IMG/VR virus record: IMGVR_UViG_3300044619_000148
Coordinates: 1 to 29,396 of that record
Source: a virus
Lineage: Duplodnaviria > Caudoviricetes
Direction: 5' to 3' (one strand)
DNA length: 29,396 bases
A model generated the notes under the pieces. The model saw nothing but the letters and a program-made list of their open reading frames with translations. It was not told where the DNA came from and ran no database searches. This document shows, in pieces, positions 1 to 7,045 of this stretch. The stretch's first letter is position 1. Every line of letters begins with the position of its first letter. The position numbers were made by a program, and so were the translations under genes.

Positions 1-494
1 TGGCTGTTATGTCATGGATTGAGCAGGAAGTAACCACAGCCATCAAGAACGGAAAGGACTTCTTAGAATGGACGACACCTTCAGGGTTTGTCGTTCATCA
101 AAAGTTAAATAAAAAAGAAGTTGTATCCCTACAGCTACAGTTGTTAGGAGCTTGTCGTATGCAGGTCGCTGTAGGCGACAAAGACGAGGTTGATCTACTT
201 CACCACAAGAACGCAACAGCTCCTAACCTCATCCATTCCCTTGATGCATCATTGCTGCACTTAGCTGCGCTACGCTTCGATGCACCGATTGCCCTTATCC
301 ATGACTCTGTGTTATGCAGAGCCACGGACATGTCCACGCTATCTACCTTGGTACGTGAGACATACATGCACCTGTTCGCAGAGCATGACTTTCTCAATGA
401 CTTCGCATCTCAAATAGGTGCGGAGACTGCCCCACCGATCATTGGCGATCTTAAGCCTGAGTCAGTGATTGAATCCACCTACTTTTTCTGTTAA
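1..494 (+). CDS. T7-like single-subunit RNA polymerase, C-terminal fragment (5' truncated by window)
   Basis: WTTPSGF, APNLIHSLDA and IHDS (motif C) segments plus the aromatic C-terminus YFFC are typical of T7-type RNAP; lies upstream of SSB. Confidence 0.95.
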   Translation, partial: AVMSWIEQEVTTAIKNGKDFLEWTTPSGFVVHQKLNKKEVVSLQLQLLGACRMQVAVGDKDEVDLLHHKNATAPNLIHSLDASLLHLAALRFDAPIALIHDSVLCRATDMSTLSTLVRETYMHLFAEHDFLNDFASQIGAETAPPIIGDLKPESVIESTYFFC

Positions 495-1063
495 TGGCAC
501 AAACCGTACACATCACCCAAGAGCCTGTTGTCCTTGAGGGTTACCAAGCTATTCTGAAACCCAGCAAGTTTGGGTACTCGCTTAGCGCACTGATCAATGA
601 TAAGCTTGTTGAAGTCCTGGAGCAAGATCGCACCGAGACTATCAAATGGGCTGAATCTAAACTGAAGAACCCTAAGCGTTCTACTCTCAAGCCTGAGCCT
701 TGGGAAGAGGTGTCTGAAGGTAAGTACAAGGTTAAGTTCTCTTGGAATGAAGAGACTCGTCCTCCTGTGGTAGACACGGAAGGTACACCTGTCACCGATG
801 ATTCACTGCCTTTGTACAGTGGGTCTAAAGTTAAGCTGGCATTCCGCCAGAAACCCTACATCCTGAAGGATGGTGTTACTTACGGCACCACTCTCAAGCT
901 TGTGGGTATTCAAGTTGTTGCACTCAATAGTTCTGCTGGCGTAGATGCTGGTGACATGGGTGAAACTGAAGTGGCCGCACTGTTCGGTCAAACCAAAGGG
1001 TTCAAGTCTAACGATCCTGTTGTCACTCCGTCTGCTGATGTAGCAGAAGATGATGACTTCTGA
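494..1063 (+). CDS. ssDNA-binding protein (T7 gp2.5-like)
   Basis: Lies between RNAP and endonuclease; GSKVKL..Y..G.TLKLVGIQVV OB-fold pattern; acidic tail ending in Phe (AEDDDF). Confidence 0.9.
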   Translation: MAQTVHITQEPVVLEGYQAILKPSKFGYSLSALINDKLVEVLEQDRTETIKWAESKLKNPKRSTLKPEPWEEVSEGKYKVKFSWNEETRPPVVDTEGTPVTDDSLPLYSGSKVKLAFRQKPYILKDGVTYGTTLKLVGIQVVALNSSAGVDAGDMGETEVAALFGQTKGFKSNDPVVTPSADVAEDDDF

Positions 1064-1413
1064 TGTTTAGATCAGGCTTGGAAGAGAAGGTTGCTGATCT
1101 TCTCTCCAGCTTGAAAGTTAACTACGAATACGAATCACGTAAACTTGCTTACGTTCTTGAATGCAATTACCTGCCAGACTTTCTTTTGCCGAATGGTGTC
1201 TTTCTAGAAGTGAAAGGACGCCTGACAAGCGAGGATCGCCGCAAGATGATCGCAGTGAAGAAGAGCAATCCCGAGTTAGATATTCGCTTCGTCTTTCAAG
1301 CACCCTTTAATAAAATCTACAAAGGGTCCAAAACCACCTATGCGAAGTGGTGCGATAAGCACGGCTTTCCATGGACTTCATACACCGAAATTCCACTCAA
1401 ATGGCTCACCTGA
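1063..1413 (+). CDS. Endonuclease I / Holliday junction resolvase (T7 gp3-like)
   Basis: FRSGLE N-terminus, YLPDF, EVKG and DIRFVF motifs. Confidence 0.95.
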   Translation: MFRSGLEEKVADLLSSLKVNYEYESRKLAYVLECNYLPDFLLPNGVFLEVKGRLTSEDRRKMIAVKKSNPELDIRFVFQAPFNKIYKGSKTTYAKWCDKHGFPWTSYTEIPLKWLT

Positions 1414-1610
1414 CTTACGGTACTCCCGAATTTTACGCTGAACAATTCAGTGACATTATTGCTGATGTAGACGCTGAAACCCCATCAACTGCAGAAAACA
1501 TTCTGAGCGGTTTTTATATCGCACTGAATGATTGGTTTGATTATCACGAACAACAAGCAAATGCATATGCAGAACTCCGAGTCCGAGTTCGTGAGGCACT
1601 TGCCGTGTGA
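1401..1610 (+). CDS. Small acidic hypothetical protein (MAHLTYGTPEFY...)
   Basis: Fills the gap between endonuclease and primase and overlaps both; ATG 1401 preferred over the ORF-track start 1371. Confidence 0.65.
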   Translation: MAHLTYGTPEFYAEQFSDIIADVDAETPSTAENILSGFYIALNDWFDYHEQQANAYAELRVRVREALAV

Positions 1611-3147
1611 CAACTGTGGGTCATCAGATGCAAATTCTTTGTACTCTGATGGCCACACTTTTTGTTTTGCCTGCAATGCTTACGGTCACACCGAAGAACT
1701 TGTTCACACTCATAAAATGTCCACCAATGTACAATTACGTGGCTCAGCCGAACGGTTGCAGAAACGACGAATCTCCGAAAAAGTCTGTCAAAAGTACAGA
1801 ATCCACAAAGACGGAGACGTTCTACGCTTCTATTATTTCAGCGAGTCTGGAGTACTTGAAGGTTGTAAAGTAAAAACTAAAGACAAAGTATTCACCTATG
1901 AAGGGACAGTCCCAGGTACCCTCTTTGGACAACATTTGTTTCCCTCCCATGGAAAACGAGTCGTTATCACTGAAGGAGAACTCGATGCAGCTTCATGTCA
2001 AGAGGCTATGCCGGGGTGGCCGATGGTATCTTTACCTAGCGGTGCCGCAGCGGCCAAGAAGTCGATTCAACGGGCTATCCCCTGGCTCCAGGGTTACGAG
2101 GAGATTGTCCTGCTCTTCGACAATGACGAGGCAGGCCGTAAGGCGACGGAGGAAGCAGCAAGCGTATTGCCACCTGGCAAGTGCAAGATTGCATCGCTCC
2201 CGGATGGTTACAAAGATGCGTCAGACGCCATCGTTGCCGATGACTCTCAAGCAATTCGTGAGGCTATTTGGAATGCAAAACCTTACCGTCCAGATGGGAT
2301 CGTTGATGGGAAATCACTCCTAGAACTTGTAACCACACCTACACCACCCGCTGATCATGACTACCCTTTCGCCGGACTACAGCATAAACTTCACGGGATC
2401 CGATACGGCGAGCTTGTTACAATTACTGCAGGATCTGGCATTGGTAAATCCAGCTTCTGTAGAGAGTTGGCAACTCACCTTCTCAATTCCGGTGAACGAG
2501 TTGGATACCTGGCTCTCGAAGAGTCAAATCGCAGAACAGCTCTCGGACTGATGTCCGCAGCAGTTGGTAAATCACTACACCTTGGAGAACATGACCGATC
2601 TACTCTCACCCAAGCGTATCAGGATACTCTTGCTGTCTGGAATCTCTTTCTTTTCGATGGCTTTGGTTCTTTTGATCCTGATCTCATCTACAACCGAATT
2701 GAATACTTGGCAACAGGTCTTGATGCGCGGATCATCTTTCTAGATCACCTCTCAATCTTGTTGAGTGGTCTTGATGGCGATGAACGTCGCATGATTGACA
2801 CCACCATGACCCGCCTGCGTTCTCTTGTAGAGCGTACAGGCATCGCATTGTTCCTCGTCTCCCACCTCAGGCGAACATCTAACGACACTAACCATGAGGA
2901 AGGAGCACGTGTTACACTTGGACAGTTGCGCGGAAGTGCAGCAATTGCACAACTCTCTGACGGAGTTATTGCCCTTGAACGAGATCAACAGAGTACAGGC
3001 AAACAGTCTGATACAACTGTTAGAGTCCTCAAGAATCGCTATTCAGGCGAAGTTGGCATCGCGTGCAATCTAAGTTATGATTTATCCACCTGTAAATTCA
3101 ATGAAACTCAACCAGAACAAGAGTTCGACGCTACCACCGACTTCTAA
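1561..3147 (+). CDS. Primase-helicase (T7 gp4-like)
   Basis: Zn finger CDNC..CFAC; TOPRIM motifs ITEGELD, FDND, KDASD; Walker A AGSGIGKS; IFLDHLS; LRGSAAIAQLSD; acidic C-terminus ending in F. Start 1561 or 1567 more likely than 1528. Confidence 0.96.
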   Translation: MHMQNSESEFVRHLPCDNCGSSDANSLYSDGHTFCFACNAYGHTEELVHTHKMSTNVQLRGSAERLQKRRISEKVCQKYRIHKDGDVLRFYYFSESGVLEGCKVKTKDKVFTYEGTVPGTLFGQHLFPSHGKRVVITEGELDAASCQEAMPGWPMVSLPSGAAAAKKSIQRAIPWLQGYEEIVLLFDNDEAGRKATEEAASVLPPGKCKIASLPDGYKDASDAIVADDSQAIREAIWNAKPYRPDGIVDGKSLLELVTTPTPPADHDYPFAGLQHKLHGIRYGELVTITAGSGIGKSSFCRELATHLLNSGERVGYLALEESNRRTALGLMSAAVGKSLHLGEHDRSTLTQAYQDTLAVWNLFLFDGFGSFDPDLIYNRIEYLATGLDARIIFLDHLSILLSGLDGDERRMIDTTMTRLRSLVERTGIALFLVSHLRRTSNDTNHEEGARVTLGQLRGSAAIAQLSDGVIALERDQQSTGKQSDTTVRVLKNRYSGEVGIACNLSYDLSTCKFNETQPEQEFDATTDF

Positions 3148-3268
3148 TGGTGAGCGATATTTTCATTTTCCTACTGGAAAGGTGCTTCAAGCCCCGAAAC
3201 CACCTACTCCTGAGGCTGTAGCAAGGGCACAGTTTGTCGATAAGACATATCGTTGGACTGGCCGTTGA
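3101..3268 (+). CDS. Small hypothetical protein (...PKPPTPEAVARAQFVDKTYRW...)
   Basis: Fills the helicase-polymerase gap; its stop directly abuts the ATG at 3269; start uncertain (3077 or 3101). Confidence 0.55.
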   Translation: MKLNQNKSSTLPPTSNGERYFHFPTGKVLQAPKPPTPEAVARAQFVDKTYRWTGR

Positions 3269-3790
3269 ATGTCTTCTCTTATCTTTGACTTAGAGACAAA
3301 CGGACTTCTGTATGATCTTACCTGCATTCACTGTCTGGTCATCTATGATTACGAGAATGATCAAACTGTGGTATACAACGATGAAGGCAGTAAAGAGCCT
3401 ATTGTCAGGGGTATCAGCAGGTTAGAAGAAGCCAATTGTATTGTCGGTCATAACATTATTGGGTATGACATACCAGCAATACAGAAGCTTTATAACTGGT
3501 TTAAACCACCAGAGGTAGTTATTGACACATTGTTGCTATCACGTCTTTATCATGCTGACCTATTGAATATTGATAGGAAACATAACTGGAAACATATGCC
3601 GCTCCAAATGTATGGACGCCACAGCCTAGAATCCTACGGGTATAGGTTGGGTGAATACAAAGGATCATTTGCCAAGTCTACAGACTGGAAAGAATGGTCT
3701 CAAGATATGGAGGATTACTGTGTTCAAGACGTTGTAGTAACAAAAAAACTATGCAAACATTTCCACCCCTACCTGACTGGCTCACGCTAG
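3269..3790 (+). CDS. DNA polymerase A, 3'-5' exonuclease part (first ORF of split gene)
   Basis: ExoI FDLETNG, ExoII GHNIIGYD, DTLLLSR, HSLESYG, ExoIII YCVQDV. Confidence 0.93.
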   Translation: MSSLIFDLETNGLLYDLTCIHCLVIYDYENDQTVVYNDEGSKEPIVRGISRLEEANCIVGHNIIGYDIPAIQKLYNWFKPPEVVIDTLLLSRLYHADLLNIDRKHNWKHMPLQMYGRHSLESYGYRLGEYKGSFAKSTDWKEWSQDMEDYCVQDVVVTKKLCKHFHPYLTGSR

Positions 3791-5013
3791 AGCACAAGGT
3801 AGCAGAGATACTAACTAAACAAGAACTTCATGGCTGGTACTTTGACGAACAACAGGCTTATGAACTTGAATCAGTTCTCAGAAGCGAGTTGGAGTCTAGT
3901 ACAAGATTACTACGAGAACGGCACCCTCTCGTTGCAGGATCGGAATTTACTCCTAAGCGAAATAACAAAACTTCTGGCTACATTGAAGGATGTCCCTTTA
4001 CTAGACTAAAGGAGTTCAATCCTACATCTCGTGATCACATTGCCTGGGTAATGCAAGAGCATTACGGTTGGAAACCTACTGAGTTCACAGATAAAGGTAA
4101 GCCCACTATTGATGAGGTTGTATTGAAAGACATTGGTACGCCAATTGCTCTTGATTTCTTCCGTTGTCTTGAACTAACTAAATCGCTTGGCATGTTGTCG
4201 GAAGGCGTCAATGCTTGGTTGAAGTTAGTACGTAACAACAGGATTCATCACCACTGTTCAGTTGCCACCAACACGTCTCGTTGTGCTCATAGAAAACCAA
4301 ATCTAGCTCAAGTTCCCAGTGAATCTGATTTTAGAAAGTTATTCTGCGCTAGCCCTGGCTTGCTTATGGTTGGTGCTGATCTCGCAGGGATTGAACTGCG
4401 AATGCTTGCCCATTATCTTGCTCGATATGATGGAGGCCGTTACGGAGATGTTCTTCTCAACGGTGACATTCACCAGGAGAATGCTGATAAAATAGGTATC
4501 TCTCGACGCCTTGTAAAGACTGTAACCTACGCCTTTTTATATGGTGCAGGTGATCAAAAAATTGGATTAAGTTATGACCCTCAATTATCCCAGGCTGCTG
4601 CCCGTAAGAAAGGCAAGGAGATACGCCAAGCATACTTGGATGCAATTCCTGGACTTGAGAAACTGGTTACTGCGGTTAAGTCCAAGGCGGAATCTGGTTA
4701 CATCAATCTCTGTGACAATCGCCGCTGCAGCGTTGATGGTAGCCACAAGGCCCTTAACTACCTCCTCCAAGGGTCGGCTGCTGTAATTGCTAAGCGGTGG
4801 ATGCTGATCAACCATAACAACACACAAGACCTGTGTTGTTCCCAACTTGCCTTTGTACATGACGAACTACAATTTGAATGTGATCCCGGACACGTGGACG
4901 CACTACGAACATCCCTGGTATGTTCAGCTGAGTCTGCAGGACGCTTCTATGACCTGCGAATCCCCATCGCAGCCGAAGCCAAAGTCGGAAACAACTGGTC
5001 GGAAGTGCATTAA
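3751..5013 (+). CDS. DNA polymerase A, polymerase part (second ORF, -1 frame relative to exonuclease part)
   Basis: FNPTSRDH; motif A DLAGIELR; motif B KTVTYAFLYG; motif C VHDE. Frame open from 3694; ATG at 3751 or entered by frameshift. Confidence 0.95.
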   Translation: MQTFPPLPDWLTLEHKVAEILTKQELHGWYFDEQQAYELESVLRSELESSTRLLRERHPLVAGSEFTPKRNNKTSGYIEGCPFTRLKEFNPTSRDHIAWVMQEHYGWKPTEFTDKGKPTIDEVVLKDIGTPIALDFFRCLELTKSLGMLSEGVNAWLKLVRNNRIHHHCSVATNTSRCAHRKPNLAQVPSESDFRKLFCASPGLLMVGADLAGIELRMLAHYLARYDGGRYGDVLLNGDIHQENADKIGISRRLVKTVTYAFLYGAGDQKIGLSYDPQLSQAAARKKGKEIRQAYLDAIPGLEKLVTAVKSKAESGYINLCDNRRCSVDGSHKALNYLLQGSAAVIAKRWMLINHNNTQDLCCSQLAFVHDELQFECDPGHVDALRTSLVCSAESAGRFYDLRIPIAAEAKVGNNWSEVH

Positions 5014-5479
5014 ATGTGATGTACTTTTAACAGATATTAATTGGTCAGAAGCGCATCAATCAAAAAAAGAATACCTTTGTCGGCAATGTAACAGGCAAAG
5101 GCGTTGTGATTGGGATAATGCAAAATCTGATGCTGAATATTTTTGGAGTTCAGCAAAAAAAAGAGCACAAAGAAAGGGGAAAGAAAGAGAGTTTACAATT
5201 TCCATTAAAGATGTTCAAGCAGTTGATACTGACGTATGTCCAATACTAGGAATTCCAATTAAGAGGCATCCTCAAACAGTAGGTGGGTCGGCAAGATCAA
5301 AACCAGATTCAAAAAGCATAGATCGCATTGATTCCACAAAAGGTTATATTCCAGGAAACATTAGAATTATTAGTTGGAAAGCAAATTACATGCTTAGTGA
5401 TTGCCCTCCAACAATTGCTGAAGCACAAGCCCTATTGAATTATTTAACCACCACCGACTCTAATGGCAGTCAAATCTAA
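4949..5479 (+). CDS. Free-standing HNH-type (putative homing) endonuclease
   Basis: CIKC..CRQC Zn motif, CPILG, and SIDRIDSTKGYIPGNIRIISWKAN beta-beta-alpha-metal motif; visibly A-rich DNA. Start uncertain (ORF track 4847; ATG 4949 preferred). Confidence 0.85.
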   Translation: MTCESPSQPKPKSETTGRKCIKCDVLLTDINWSEAHQSKKEYLCRQCNRQRRCDWDNAKSDAEYFWSSAKKRAQRKGKEREFTISIKDVQAVDTDVCPILGIPIKRHPQTVGGSARSKPDSKSIDRIDSTKGYIPGNIRIISWKANYMLSDCPPTIAEAQALLNYLTTTDSNGSQI

Positions 5480-5600
5480 AACCGCACTGGGAAAGGTTAC
5501 CTTTCAATCCCGTGCTAAATTTAAACGCACCAGGCAAGGTAATGGCACTCGTAGTCTTCCTTCGCATGGGCGAAAGCTCAAGCGAGGACAAGGTAAATGA
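5463..5600 (+). CDS. 45-aa basic protein MAVKSKTALGKVTFQSRAKFKRTRQGNGTRSLPSHGRKLKRGQGK
   Basis: Translated by hand (below ORF-track cutoff); fills the gap; its TGA overlaps the exonuclease ATG (ATGA at 5597-5600). Confidence 0.75.
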   Translation: MAVKSKTALGKVTFQSRAKFKRTRQGNGTRSLPSHGRKLKRGQGK

Positions 5601-6325
5601 GTCTCCTGATTGATGCAGACTACATCGTCTACAAGTGCTGTGCAGCAGCCGAAACAGAAATCGACTGGGGAGATGATGTTATCGTCGTCTCAAGTAGGTT
5701 CAGTGAAGCCTACGACAAAGTACAACGAGAGCTATTCAACATCGCAACAGATCTTGGATGCTTCGATGATTCTATTTTGTTTTTTACTGATAGCATCAAC
5801 TTTCGTAAACGTATTGACCCAGCGTATAAGGGACATAGAAATCGAAAGAAGCCGTGCGGTTACCGTAGGGTCATCAACAAACTCAAGGAGGACTACCAAG
5901 TCGTTGTGATGCCTGAGTTAGAAGCTGATGATGCTCTTGGCATCTACGCTACTAAAGAACCAGGACATATCATTTGTAGTCCTGATAAAGACATGCGACA
6001 GATACCTGGAGACCTTTATGATTTATCTACTGGAATTGTCACACTCACCAAAGAAGAAGGTGACCGTTGGCATCTTATTCAGACGCTGGCTGGTGACCAA
6101 ACTGATGGGTATAGCGGAGTTCCTGGATTCGGGATTAAACGAGCAGTCTCCTTCTTTGAAGAGAACGGTTACAGCTGGTCCTCCGTTGTCTCAGCATTTG
6201 CTAGCAAGGAACTTGATGAATCCGTCGCGCTCCAGAATGCTCGACTCGCCAAGATCCTTCAGCACACCGATTATGACTTTACCAACCAATCCATCATCCT
6301 CTGGACCCCCACCACCAGTACTTGA
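5597..6325 (+). CDS. 5'-3' exonuclease (T7 gp6-like)
   Basis: LLIDAD, YKGHR, LEADD, SPDKD and GDQTDGYSGVPGFG motifs. Confidence 0.95.
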   Translation: MSLLIDADYIVYKCCAAAETEIDWGDDVIVVSSRFSEAYDKVQRELFNIATDLGCFDDSILFFTDSINFRKRIDPAYKGHRNRKKPCGYRRVINKLKEDYQVVVMPELEADDALGIYATKEPGHIICSPDKDMRQIPGDLYDLSTGIVTLTKEEGDRWHLIQTLAGDQTDGYSGVPGFGIKRAVSFFEENGYSWSSVVSAFASKELDESVALQNARLAKILQHTDYDFTNQSIILWTPTTST

Positions 6326-6560
6326 ACTAACAATGGAGCAGCAGTTTAAGCTGCGCCAGATTGAAGATGCTCTAAGGAATCCTGAATCTAAGAAGGAGGA
6401 CATCATTACCATCTTCATGGCACTCCAACGCCAATGTTTTGTACTTGGCAACTCAATGTCCAACTTAGTTAAAAAATGGCCAACACCAACTCAACAGGAC
6501 CCAACTATTATCGACGAGGTTCTATCCAAGTTTGGGATTTCATCCGAGACCAAGGACTGA
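6273..6560 (+). CDS. nblA: NblA-like phycobilisome degradation adaptor
   Basis: LTMEQQFKLRQIED matches the NblA L(S/T)LEQQF.L helix 1, followed by a helix-2-like segment ending LVKKW. Start uncertain: ATG 6273, ATG 6333, or further upstream (frame open from 5922). Confidence 0.72.
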   Translation: MTLPTNPSSSGPPPPVLELTMEQQFKLRQIEDALRNPESKKEDIITIFMALQRQCFVLGNSMSNLVKKWPTPTQQDPTIIDEVLSKFGISSETKD

Positions 6561-6772
6561 ACTTTCATCTAGGCAACGCCATTAAATACATCTGCCGTGC
6601 GGGACATAAAGAGTCTCGCATTGCTGATCTTAGTAAAGCAATCCACTACCTACAAAATGAGCTTGAGAACGAAATCCTTAATGAGCCAAGCCAAGGAGTT
6701 TCGCCGTGGCTTTCAAGTGACGAACAGTACTGGGAGTCATTCACGGGAGATGCAGAAGCGTTTGATCGTTGA
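6476..6772 (+). CDS. DUF3310 family protein (T7 gp1.7-like, putative nucleotide kinase)
   Basis: PNYY..GSIQVWDFI...FHLGNAIKYICRAGHK...DLSKAIHYL signature. Confidence 0.85.
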   Translation: MANTNSTGPNYYRRGSIQVWDFIRDQGLNFHLGNAIKYICRAGHKESRIADLSKAIHYLQNELENEILNEPSQGVSPWLSSDEQYWESFTGDAEAFDR

Positions 6773-7043
6773 GGAATTTAAAGAGTTCCTTGAAGCTGAT
6801 CAGCAACTGTTATACGGCTATGCTCGTAACTCTGAGGATTGTCTAAAAGAACTAGCAGACCTTGTGTATGTCTGCTATCAATACGCTGCTAATCTAGAAT
6901 GGGATTTAGATGAAGCAATGGACCGAGTACACCAAAGCAACATGAGTAAGCTTGGTGAAGACGGTAATCCCATCCGCCGTGAAGACGGCAAGGTTCTGAA
7001 AGGACCAAACTATCAACCACCTAATCTTACTGATCTCGTTTAA
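6657..7043 (+). CDS. MazG-like nucleoside triphosphate pyrophosphohydrolase
   Basis: LIVEEFKEF, KELADLVYV, VHQSNMSK, REDGKVLKGPNY. Start 6657 or 6681. Confidence 0.88.
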   Translation: MSLRTKSLMSQAKEFRRGFQVTNSTGSHSREMQKRLIVEEFKEFLEADQQLLYGYARNSEDCLKELADLVYVCYQYAANLEWDLDEAMDRVHQSNMSKLGEDGNPIRREDGKVLKGPNYQPPNLTDLV

Positions 7044-7045
7044 TA

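Noticed and set aside
1898-2323. 141-aa alternative-frame ORF inside the primase
   Set aside because: No motifs and no independent start context; probably a chance open frame.
3709-3713. GGAGG as a frameshift-stimulating internal Shine-Dalgarno
   Set aside because: About 28 nt from the A7 run and 37 nt from ATG 3751, too far for either role.
5014-5460. Group I intron or intein carrying the HNH gene
   Set aside because: The polymerase ends normally (NWSEVH*) before the HNH core, so no gene is interrupted; no intron core is evident.
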